Positions 8,004-15,431 of a stretch of 15,980 bases of DNA are shown here, one piece after another; position 1 is the stretch's first letter, and the number at the start of each line of letters is the position of its first letter. Origin of the DNA: Candidatus Methylomirabilia bacterium (GTDB taxonomy: Bacteria; Methylomirabilota; Methylomirabilia; Rokubacteriales; CSP1-6); the NCBI GenBank assembly GCA_041497895.1, contig JBGQHJ010000115.1:1-15980 (forward strand), written 5' to 3'. The notes beneath the pieces were generated by a model that saw nothing but the letters and a program-made list of their open reading frames with translations, had not been told where the DNA came from and did not search any database. A program made the translations under genes and the position numbers.

Positions 8004-8966
8004 TCAGCGCCAGACTGCGAACGCCATGCCGACGCCGGATCCCGCCTCGGACCGGTAGGAGGGCACGTAGTCCACGACCTGCATGTCCAGGTGCTCGAGC
8101 GCGCCCCCGGCGGCCAGCCAGTTCCGGATCTCGGAGCTGCCGGATTCGAGCTGGGCGGCGGGCAGCGCCGCGATGCCGTCGGCGTCCTTCTTGGCGAGCA
8201 GGGAGAGGACGTGGCGGTCCAGCGCCTCGTCGACGAAGAAGTGGCTGAGCCCGCCGGAGGCGACGATGCCGACGCGCTTGGCCGGGAGCCACGCCTCGAT
8301 CGCGGCGCGCAGGGCCCGCCCGAGCCGATAGCAGCGTCCGGGGGTCGGCTGGTTCGGGGGGAAGTAGGTGTTCAGCATCACCGGCACGATGGGGACGACG
8401 CGGTCGCCCATGAGACGCTGATGGACGAAGCCCCAGGCATGCCCGAAGGGAGCGTGGCGCGGCTGCACGCGCACGTGGGCCACGTCGAACTCGTGGTCGC
8501 GGGTCAGGGTCTCGACGAGGTGCCGGCCGAGGGCGGCGTCGACCGGGAAGGCGCGGTTGGTGCCGTCGCCGTAGTACCCCCAGTAGGAGAGCCGGCGGAG
8601 GGGCAGGAGGCCCTCGCGCGGCGGCGGCAGGCTCTCCACCGAGTCCCCCCAGTAGATGCAGAGAGCCGGCTGGCTGTCCGCGCTGAACCACTCGCCCTGA
8701 TCGTCGCCGATCACCACGAGGGCGTCGGGGGCCTCGTTCGCGAGGACGTCGGCCAGGTGCCGGATGGCGGCCTGGGTGGCCTCGTGCCGCGCCCGGGTCA
8801 CGTCCTCGCGCAGCTCGCGAGCGACCCGGGACGCATTCCGCCGCGCCATGGCCCCGAACTCGGGGAGGCGCGCGCGGTCGAGGTCGGCGAGCCCGGCGAA
8901 CGCCTCGTGAGGCGTGCTCAACATCGGGCTGTGCGAGCTGCCGATACCGAGGGTCACTTCGGCCAT
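8004..8966 (-). CDS. Class III (LigB/DesZ-like) extradiol ring-cleavage dioxygenase, 320 aa
   Basis: Start MAEVTLGIGSSHSPML; motifs VIGDDQ, GHAWGFV, ASGGLSHF and SGSSEIRNW. Confidence 0.9.
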   Translation of the reverse strand: MAEVTLGIGSSHSPMLSTPHEAFAGLADLDRARLPEFGAMARRNASRVARELREDVTRARHEATQAAIRHLADVLANEAPDALVVIGDDQGEWFSADSQPALCIYWGDSVESLPPPREGLLPLRRLSYWGYYGDGTNRAFPVDAALGRHLVETLTRDHEFDVAHVRVQPRHAPFGHAWGFVHQRLMGDRVVPIVPVMLNTYFPPNQPTPGRCYRLGRALRAAIEAWLPAKRVGIVASGGLSHFFVDEALDRHVLSLLAKKDADGIAALPAAQLESGSSEIRNWLAAGGALEHLDMQVVDYVPSYRSEAGSGVGMAFAVWR

Positions 8967-8984
8967 GCGATCTCGACCGCCCGC

Positions 8985-8993
8985 ATTGTAGCA
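8985..8993 (-). promoter_or_regulatory. Extended -10 promoter TGcTACAAT for the aromatic cassette
   Basis: Reverse complement of ATTGTAGCA, 18 nt upstream of the dioxygenase ATG. Confidence 0.55.
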
Positions 8994-9044
8994 GAGGGTC
9001 CGCGGCGGGCGGCAGGGTCGCGAGGCAACGCCGGCCGATCTCGG

Positions 9045-9254
9045 ATGGGACCGATGGGGGGCTTCTGGTGGATCTTCCCCGTGATGGGACTGCTGGTCTG
9101 CCTGTTCTTCGTGATCGCCATGACACGGATGAGGGGGTGGGGCGGCCCATTCATGTGCATGGGACCGCGCCACCACGACGGTGACGAGACGGCGCAGCTT
9201 CGCCGCGAGGTCGAGGCGCTGCGGGCGGAAGTCAGGAAGCAGACGGCACGCTGA
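9045..9254 (+). CDS. Small membrane protein (69 aa) with TM helix and C-terminal coiled coil
   Basis: MGPMGGFWWIFPVMGLLVCLFFVIAM...ETAQLRREVEALRAEVRKQ, the tail of track ORF 8091..9254. Fills the intergenic gap. Start is uncertain (9045 or 9054). Confidence 0.7.
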   Translation: MGPMGGFWWIFPVMGLLVCLFFVIAMTRMRGWGGPFMCMGPRHHDGDETAQLRREVEALRAEVRKQTAR

Positions 9255-9278
9255 CCGGGGGGTCTGGGCGGCGCGCGT

Positions 9279-10433
9279 CTATGCCGGCAGCTTGTAGAGC
9301 CGCGCGCAGTTGTCCCAGAGGATCTTGGCCTTGGTCTTGTCGCCCACGCCCTCGAGGCGGACGAACTCCTCGATGGCAACCGGGAAGAGGCCGTCGGAGT
9401 GAGGGTAGTCGGTGGAGACGACGATGTTGTCGTCGCCGATGGCCTCCACCACCTGGCGCAGGGGCTTCTCGTCCGCGTCGGTGGCGATGTAGCACTGACG
9501 GAAGAAGTACTGGCTCGGGAGCTGGGAGATCTGTACCTCGGACCCCGGCCCGAACTTCTCCCAGGCTTCGTCGAGCCGCCAGAGGTACCAGGGGAGCCAG
9601 CCGCAGGTGCCCTCGAGGAACGCGCAGCGCAGCCCCGGATGGCGCTCCAGCACCCCGCCCGCGGCCATGCTGCCGAAGGCCATCATGAGCTCGATCGGAT
9701 TGCGGCCCGCCACGCCGATCACGCGGCCGTTCGGGGTGTCGACGTAGCGCCGGGCGATGTCGTCGCGCAGAGAGGACTGGCCGGTCGGGTGGAAGCCGAC
9801 AGGCACCCCGAGCTCCTCGATCGCGGTCCACAGGGGCTCCATCTCGGGATCGTGGACGTGGCGGCCGTGGATCGGATTCGGGGTGCCGATCACCGCGACG
9901 GCCCCGAGCTCGCGCACCGCGCGCCGCGCCTCTGCCACCGCGGAGGGCACGTCGTGGAAGGCGAGCTGGGCGGCGAACTTCAGGCGGTTGGGGTCCCGGG
10001 CGCAGAAATCGCGGGTCCAGTTGTTGTGGGCCCGCGCCAGCGCGGCGGCCACCTGCGGATCGAGGTCGTCGTGCATGAGCACCTGGCGACCGCGGGTGCC
10101 GTAGATGACCGCGACGTCGATGCCCTCGATGTCCATGGCCTCCAGATGCGTGGCCGCGTCGTAGCCCCGCGCGTGCGCGACCGCGTAGTGGGGGTGGCGG
10201 GCGAAGGCGCGCTCCTGCAGGCTCTTGCCGACCACCGCGGTACGGGGGCGCTTGGAGAACTCGGCGATCTCGATATCGCCGATCCGGATGACCGGCTGGT
10301 TCGGGGCGCGGTCGGTGCTGCGGAGGAACTGGGGCGCGAACTTCTTGAACGGCTCCTCGAGGTACTCGGCCCAGAGGCCGTCCGGCTCCATGGTGTGCAG
10401 GTCGCTGTCGAGGACCCGGAAGCCGTTCTTCAT
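9279..10433 (-). CDS. Amidohydrolase-2 family protein (TIM-barrel metal hydrolase/decarboxylase), 384 aa
   Basis: Start MKNGFRVLDSDLHTMEP after SD AAGGAGG; motifs MDIEGIDVAVIY, GFHPTG, FLEGTCGW and STDYPHSD. Confidence 0.92.
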   Translation of the reverse strand: MKNGFRVLDSDLHTMEPDGLWAEYLEEPFKKFAPQFLRSTDRAPNQPVIRIGDIEIAEFSKRPRTAVVGKSLQERAFARHPHYAVAHARGYDAATHLEAMDIEGIDVAVIYGTRGRQVLMHDDLDPQVAAALARAHNNWTRDFCARDPNRLKFAAQLAFHDVPSAVAEARRAVRELGAVAVIGTPNPIHGRHVHDPEMEPLWTAIEELGVPVGFHPTGQSSLRDDIARRYVDTPNGRVIGVAGRNPIELMMAFGSMAAGGVLERHPGLRCAFLEGTCGWLPWYLWRLDEAWEKFGPGSEVQISQLPSQYFFRQCYIATDADEKPLRQVVEAIGDDNIVVSTDYPHSDGLFPVAIEEFVRLEGVGDKTKAKILWDNCARLYKLPA

Positions 10434-10459
10434 CGCCGCCTCCTTGAGGTCGTCCCGCG

Positions 10460-10771
10460 TTACCGGGCCGGGCCGTACGCGCGCGCCAGGTACTCGGTGA
10501 TGGTCCTGGCGTCGGCCTCGCTCACCGGCGCGCCGAACACCTTGATCATCTTCGTGACGACGCCCTCCCACTGCTTGGCGTCGCCCCGGGGCTGCATGAC
10601 GATGTAGTCCGTCGAGTGGCAGAACTGGCACTGGGTCTGGGTCACGTCACTGCCCGGCGCCGGCGTCAGGTGTCCGTACGCGTGATCGGGTGGGAGGGTG
10701 ATCCGTTTCTCCTGGGCCGAGGCGGTGGCCACCAGGAGGACGACCAGGAGGCCCGCGAGGGGTGTCTTCAC
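10460..10771 (-). CDS. sorB: Monoheme cytochrome c, SorB-like subunit of sulfite:cytochrome c oxidoreductase
   Basis: GTG start, signal peptide ending ASA-Q, CQFCHSTDYIVMQP and W...VTKMIKVFGAP. Directly downstream of sorA. Confidence 0.85.
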   Translation of the reverse strand: MKTPLAGLLVVLLVATASAQEKRITLPPDHAYGHLTPAPGSDVTQTQCQFCHSTDYIVMQPRGDAKQWEGVVTKMIKVFGAPVSEADARTITEYLARAYGPAR

Positions 10772-10779
10772 GGTGCCGC

Positions 10780-11985
10780 CTAGCCGACCTGCAGATCGAC
10801 GTGCTCGATCACGTTGCGGAGGTAGCCGGCGGGGTTCCAGAGCGGGGTCGCGCCCTGCGACTCGCCGATGGCGTTGAACGCGCGGACCATCAAGCGGTGA
10901 CTGCCCGCGCTCGGCGGCGTCCAGGTCGCCGCCCATTCGCGGAAGGAATAGCGGCCGAGGTCCGTCCCGAGCTGGGTCCGGTACCAGGTGGCTCCGCGGT
11001 CGGCCGAGAGCTGCACCTCGGTGATGCCCGTGCCGGCGTCGAAGGCGATGCCCTTGACCGCGACCGGCTGCCCCACCTGGAGCCGCGCTCCGGCCGACGG
11101 GGTGGCGATGAAGGAGCGAACCGTCATGCGGTTGATCGGGACGGTTCGCGCCGGCGCGGTGCCCGGCTCGATGCAGCCGCACGCGGTGTCGGGGATGCGG
11201 TACGCCGGCTTCATCCAGAACTTCTCGAAGACGCTGTCGACGACCTCGATCTCGGACAGGTTCTTGACCCAGTACGTCGCGTACCAGCCCGGCACGATGA
11301 GCCGGGCCGGGAAGCCGTTGAGCATCGGCAGGGGCTGGCCGTTCATCTGGTAGGCGACGATGACGTCCGGGTCCTCGGTGATGCGGGTGAGATCGAGGCT
11401 CTTGACGAAGTCCGGGACCGTCGGGAACGCGGGCTTGTCGAGCCCGTCGAAGGTCACCTGCACCGCGCCCTGCCGGACGCCGGCCATGGCGAGGACGTCG
11501 CGCAGGCGCGCGCCGACCCACTCCGCATTGCCCATGGCCCCGTCGCCCCACTGGCCCCCCAGGACGCGGGGCGCGAAGCGGCCGCGGCTGTTGCCCGAGC
11601 ACTGGTTGACCGCCACGACCCGGGCCGGCGGGAACTTGGTCTTGAGGTCGGCCATGCTGAGATCGAGGGGACGGTCCACGCGTCCGTGCACCTTGAGCCG
11701 CCACGTCGCCAGGTCCACGCTCGTCGGGACCGGGAAGATGTGGTAGCGGACGAAGAACGCCTCGTTGGGGGTGATGGCCCGGTCGAAGTACGCCATCGGG
11801 GTCTCGAGCTGGGGCGGACGCGCGGTCAGCAGGATGAGGTCCGTCTTCTCCGGGTAGCGGACGAGGGGCCGGCCGGCGAGGATCGGATCGTCCGCGGCCC
11901 CGACCGGGCGCGCGAGGGTGCCGGAGCCGGCCAGCAGCAGGGCGCCGGCCCGACCGGTGGTGGCGAGGAACTGGCGTCGGTCCAT
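10780..11985 (-). CDS. sorA: Sulfite oxidase-family molybdoenzyme, SorA-like
   Basis: Tat signal MDRRQFL; FFVRYH, VNQCSGNSR (Mo-Cys), LNGFPARLIVPGWYATYWVK and WNPAGYLRN. Paired with a cytochrome c. Confidence 0.9.
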   Translation of the reverse strand: MDRRQFLATTGRAGALLLAGSGTLARPVGAADDPILAGRPLVRYPEKTDLILLTARPPQLETPMAYFDRAITPNEAFFVRYHIFPVPTSVDLATWRLKVHGRVDRPLDLSMADLKTKFPPARVVAVNQCSGNSRGRFAPRVLGGQWGDGAMGNAEWVGARLRDVLAMAGVRQGAVQVTFDGLDKPAFPTVPDFVKSLDLTRITEDPDVIVAYQMNGQPLPMLNGFPARLIVPGWYATYWVKNLSEIEVVDSVFEKFWMKPAYRIPDTACGCIEPGTAPARTVPINRMTVRSFIATPSAGARLQVGQPVAVKGIAFDAGTGITEVQLSADRGATWYRTQLGTDLGRYSFREWAATWTPPSAGSHRLMVRAFNAIGESQGATPLWNPAGYLRNVIEHVDLQVG

Positions 11986-11991
11986 GCCGTG

Positions 11992-12056
11992 CACTTACGC
12001 CCTCGCCGCCCCGCTGTCAAGGCGGAGTTGACCGGCTCCGGACCATCTGGCACGCT
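11992..12056. promoter_or_regulatory. Back-to-back divergent sigma70-type promoters
   Basis: Minus strand: TTGACA(12020..12015)-N17-TAAGTG-N6-ATG of sorA. Plus strand: TTGACC(12028-12033)-N17-(TGg)CACGCT(12051-12056)-N7-ATG 12064. Confidence 0.55.
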
Positions 12057-12063
12057 ACACGCG

Positions 12064-12606
12064 ATGAGCTCGATCGGGCGCGCCGTCGTCGTGGGTTTCG
12101 TCGCGGGCTGGCTGGCCGCCTGCAGCACCGCGCCGCCCACCGCGGGAGACCGCACCGCGATGCTCGAGCAGGCCACCGCCACGATGAAAGACATGGATCG
12201 CGAGGACCCGGGCGTGGAGGCCTTCGCCCGGAAGGGGTACGGTTACGCGCTGTTCCCCGAAGTCGCCAAGGGGGGGCTGGTGTTCGGCGGCGCCTACGGC
12301 CGCGGTGTCGTCTACGAGCAGGGCCAGGTCGTCGGGTACGCCGACCTCACGCAGGGATCGTTCGGGCTGCAGGCCGGGGGCCAGAGCTACACCGAGCTGA
12401 TCGTCTTCGAGGACAAGGCGGCCCTCGACCGCTTCAAGTCCGGGCCGATCGATGTCGCGGCCGATGCCACCGCGGTCATCCTCACGACCGGAGCCGCCGC
12501 GAGCGCCCGATTCGTCGACGGGGTCGCGGTCATCGTGCGCCCGCTGGCCGGCGCGATGGCGGAGGCCTCGGTGGGGGCGCAGCAGTTCAAGTTCATCCCG
12601 AAGTGA
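12064..12606 (+). CDS. Lipoprotein with SYLF/Ysc84 lipid-binding-like domain
   Basis: Lipobox LAA-C; FPEVAKGGLVFGGAYGRGV, SFGLQAGGQSY and GAMAEASVGAQQFKF are typical of Ysc84-like bacterial proteins. Confidence 0.85.
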   Translation: MSSIGRAVVVGFVAGWLAACSTAPPTAGDRTAMLEQATATMKDMDREDPGVEAFARKGYGYALFPEVAKGGLVFGGAYGRGVVYEQGQVVGYADLTQGSFGLQAGGQSYTELIVFEDKAALDRFKSGPIDVAADATAVILTTGAAASARFVDGVAVIVRPLAGAMAEASVGAQQFKFIPK

Positions 12607-12610
12607 CCCG

Positions 12611-13312
12611 GTGCCGCCGAAGGACGTCGCGGTCTTTCTGCGCGCCAACCCGGTGTTCGCCGGCATTCCCTCGCGCGAGATCGACGCGGTGGCGGCCCTC
12701 GTCACCGAGGAGCCGCATCGCGCCCGCGGCTACGTCTTCATGGAGGGCGACGCCCCGCGCTGGTTCTACGTCGTGAGATCCGGCCACGTGAAGATCATCC
12801 GGCAGTCGAAGGCCGGCAAGGACGTGGTCCTCGAGCTCCTGGGCGCCGGCGAGGTCTTCGGCGGGGTGGCGGTGATCGAGAAGCGCCCCTATCCCGCGTC
12901 CGCGCAGGCGACCGAGCCGACGGTCGTGCTCAAGATCCCGGCGGATTCGGTGATCGCCCTGGCCGATCGGCACCCCGGCTTCATCAAGGAGATGGCGTTG
13001 ATGATCGGCCGGCGGCTCCGCGCCGCTCACGACTCCGTCAAGTCGCTCGCGGTGGATCCGGTGGAGGCCCGCCTGGCCGGGACCCTGCTCCGCCTGGCCG
13101 AGCGCGAGGGGACGCGGGGGAAGGACGGCGTGACGCTGCCCTTCCAGCTGACGCGGCAGAGCCTGGCCGACATGAGCGGCACCACCGTCGAGACGACCAT
13201 CCGGGTCGTCAGCCGCTGGCTCAAGGACGGCCTGCTCGCCGATGACGGTGGACGCCTCGTGGTCGGCGACCTCGAAGACCTCCGCGCGCTGGCCGAGGGC
13301 CCCGCCGAGTAG
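12611..13312 (+). CDS. Crp/Fnr family transcriptional regulator (no FNR Cys cluster; Dnr/NnrR/HcpR-like)
   Basis: cNMP-binding fold (FMEGD...FYVVRSGHVKI...GEVFGG...YPASAQA) and HTH LTRQSLADMSGTTVETTIRVVSRW. Probable GTG start at 12611. Confidence 0.93.
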   Translation: MPPKDVAVFLRANPVFAGIPSREIDAVAALVTEEPHRARGYVFMEGDAPRWFYVVRSGHVKIIRQSKAGKDVVLELLGAGEVFGGVAVIEKRPYPASAQATEPTVVLKIPADSVIALADRHPGFIKEMALMIGRRLRAAHDSVKSLAVDPVEARLAGTLLRLAEREGTRGKDGVTLPFQLTRQSLADMSGTTVETTIRVVSRWLKDGLLADDGGRLVVGDLEDLRALAEGPAE

Positions 13313-13324
13313 ACGCGACGTCTT

Positions 13325-13368
13325 CTATGACGCCGGTCATAGGAGCGCGCGCCGGGGCCCAGTAGCAT
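13325..13368 (+). promoter_or_regulatory. Crp/Fnr-type operator CTATGAC-N4-GTCATAG with class II -10 TAGCAT
   Basis: Perfect 7-bp arms (TATGA-N6-TCATA, compare CRP TGTGA-N6-TCACA), centred at 13333.5. TAGCAT at 13363-13368 puts the site at exactly -41.5 from a +1 at A13375. Confidence 0.8.
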
Positions 13369-13390
13369 GAGCGCAGGAGGATTCATCGAC

Positions 13391-13642
13391 ATGGCTCACG
13401 CATGCGGCTGCCAGCACGGCTCGTCCGGGGACTGCGGCGACGCCCTCGCACCGATCCGGTCCGAGGAGACGGTGGGAGAGATCGTCCAGCGCATTCCCGG
13501 TGCGCTCCAGATCATGAAAGAGATGGGGATCAACCACTGCTGCGGGGCCGGGCTCACCCTCGTCGAGGCGGCGGCTTCGGTGGGGATGCCGGTGGACACC
13601 GTGCTGGCCGCACTGAGCGAGGGGCAAAAGGCGCCGGCGTGA
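13391..13642 (+). CDS. Stand-alone DUF542/ScdA_N-like protein (N-terminal domain of RIC/YtfE) with Cys/His-rich extension
   Basis: SD AGGAGG at 13375-13380 favours ATG 13391. TVGEIV...GINHCCGAGLTLVEAA resembles the ScdA_N motif GIDFCCGG...L.EA. N-terminal HACGCQHGSSGDC. Confidence 0.85.
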   Translation: MAHACGCQHGSSGDCGDALAPIRSEETVGEIVQRIPGALQIMKEMGINHCCGAGLTLVEAAASVGMPVDTVLAALSEGQKAPA

Positions 13643-14139
13643 GCGCGGGCGAGGCGCCGATGGCCCCGCGGCTCGCGGCGGTCCCGGAATCGCACCGGGT
13701 GCACCTCGACGTGCGGGAGGGCCTCCGTCGGGGCGAGGAGCCGTTCGCCCGCATCATGGCCGCGATCAAGACCCTCGCCCCCGACCACGTCCTGGTGCTG
13801 CGCGCTCCGTTCGAGCCGGCTCCGCTCTACGACGTCCTCGGCAAGCGGGGGTTCGCCCACTGGACGGAGCGCCACGCTCCCGATGACTGGTCGGTGTGGT
13901 TCTACCGCGAGGCCGGCCGGCGCACCGTGCTCGACGTGCGCGACCTCGAGCCGCCGCAGCCGATGGTGCGCGTGCTCGAGGCGGCCGAGCGGCTCGGCCC
14001 CGGTGACGAGCTGGAGGTGCGCCACGAGCGCCGGCCGGTGTTCCTCTACCCGCAGCTCGACGAGCGCGGCTTCGCTCACGAGACCGACGAGCCCGAGCCG
14101 GGAGTGGTGCGCATCCGCGTCCGGAGGCGCGGGGCCTGA
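13639..14139 (+). CDS. Tandem DUF2249 (TusA/SirA-like fold) protein
   Basis: GTGA overlap with the previous stop. Two repeats: LDVREGLRRGEEPFARIMAA...PFEPAPLYDVLGKRGF and LDVRDLEPPQPMVRVLEA...RRPVFLYPQLDERGF. Confidence 0.87.
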   Translation: MSAGEAPMAPRLAAVPESHRVHLDVREGLRRGEEPFARIMAAIKTLAPDHVLVLRAPFEPAPLYDVLGKRGFAHWTERHAPDDWSVWFYREAGRRTVLDVRDLEPPQPMVRVLEAAERLGPGDELEVRHERRPVFLYPQLDERGFAHETDEPEPGVVRIRVRRRGA

Positions 14140-14141
14140 CC

Positions 14142-15431
14142 ATGGCATCGCCTCCGGCCGCCCGGAGCGGTCCCTCGCCGCTCGTCCCCCTCGGCTACCT
14201 GACGTGCGCCGCGGTGGCCTTCGTGGCCGCAGCCATGGGGATCGGGTGGCTCGCGCCGGACCTCGCCGGCCACTACTATCACCCGCGCGTGTTGGCCCTC
14301 ACGCACACGGTGACGCTCGGCTGGATCACGCTCGCGATCATGGGCGCCAGCTATCAGCTGATCCCGATCGTGCTGGAGCGCCCGGTCTGGAGCGAGCGGC
14401 TGGCCCGGTGGCAGCTCGGCATCCTGGTGGTCGCGGTGCCGGGCATGGTCGTCCACTTCTATCTCGGCACCTGGCCGGGGCTGGCCGCCGCGGCGGGGTT
14501 GCTGTCCGTCGGCATCGGCCTGCACCTGCTCAACGTCGGGCTCAGCCTGCGCGGCTTCACCCGGTGGACGTTCACCGCGCGCATGGTGATGCTCGGATAC
14601 AGCGGGCTGGCGCTGACCACGCTCTTCGGCCTCGCCCTGGCGACCAACCGGGTGTTTCCGTTCCTCCCTGGCGAGTTCTTCCCGACCCTGCACGCCCACG
14701 TGCACCTGGCCCTACTCGGGTGGATCACGCCGATGATCTTCGGCGTGGCCGCCCGAGTGTATCCGATGTTTCTCCTCGGCCCCGTGCCGGGCCGCTGGTC
14801 CTGCCGTCTCCAGCTCTGGGGTCTGGTCCTCGGACTGCCGTCGGTCTTGCTGGGGCTCATAGGCGCTCCCGCGTTCCTGGTGCCTGGTGCGCTGGCCGTT
14901 GCCACCGCGGCGGGGAGCCACGCCTGGTGGGTGCACGAACTGACCCGCGGCCGGAAGCGGCCGGCGCTCGACTGGGGGCTTCGGTTCACTCTGACCGCGA
15001 CGGTCTTCATTCTGCCCGCCGCCATCCTCGGCCTCTCGCTGGCCGCCGATCTCCTGTCCGGGCCTCGCGTGGCCCTGGCCTACGCCGTCCTCGTCCTGGG
15101 TGGCTGGGTCTCACTGACCATCGTCGGCATGATGCTCAAGATCGTGCCGTTCCTCGTCTGGTATCGGGCGTTCAGTCCGCGCGCCGGTCGTGAGCGCGTG
15201 CCGACCCTGGCCGACCTCTCCTGGCCGTGGGTCGAAGGCACGGCGTACGCGCTCCTCACCGGAGGGGTCGGGCTGCTGGCCGCCGCCGCGCTCCTCGGTG
15301 ATGTGGCGGCGATCCACGCGGGCGCCGCGGTGCTGGCGCTCGGCGCTCTGGCGTTCGCGCTCGTGCTGGTCCGGATCCTCGGGCATCTGTCCCCGAGGTT
15401 CCAGAAGACACCGGCCGCACTCGTCGTATGA
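14142..15431 (+). CDS. Polytopic (about 12 TM) membrane protein, heme-copper oxidase subunit I/NnrS-like fold
   Basis: Many hydrophobic helices and three repeats: THTVTLGWITLAIMG, HAHVHLALLGWITPMIFG and YAVLVLGGWVSLTIVG. Confidence 0.75.
   Translation: MASPPAARSGPSPLVPLGYLTCAAVAFVAAAMGIGWLAPDLAGHYYHPRVLALTHTVTLGWITLAIMGASYQLIPIVLERPVWSERLARWQLGILVVAVPGMVVHFYLGTWPGLAAAAGLLSVGIGLHLLNVGLSLRGFTRWTFTARMVMLGYSGLALTTLFGLALATNRVFPFLPGEFFPTLHAHVHLALLGWITPMIFGVAARVYPMFLLGPVPGRWSCRLQLWGLVLGLPSVLLGLIGAPAFLVPGALAVATAAGSHAWWVHELTRGRKRPALDWGLRFTLTATVFILPAAILGLSLAADLLSGPRVALAYAVLVLGGWVSLTIVGMMLKIVPFLVWYRAFSPRAGRERVPTLADLSWPWVEGTAYALLTGGVGLLAAAALLGDVAAIHAGAAVLALGALAFALVLVRILGHLSPRFQKTPAALVV

Noticed and set aside
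6688..9150. 820-aa ORF suggesting a LigB-Rieske fusion
   Set aside because: The N-terminal part is off-frame to the dioxygenase. The Rieske gene has its own SD and ATG at 7989.
12048..12063. TGGCAC-N-GC as a sigma54 promoter
   Set aside because: The -12 element is ACGC rather than TTGC and the ATG follows within 2 nt. The sigma70 reading fits better.
14142..15431. Bona fide cytochrome oxidase or NO reductase catalytic subunit
   Set aside because: Lacks the six-His set (HH pair, HPxVY/E) and has no subunit II or cytochrome partner.
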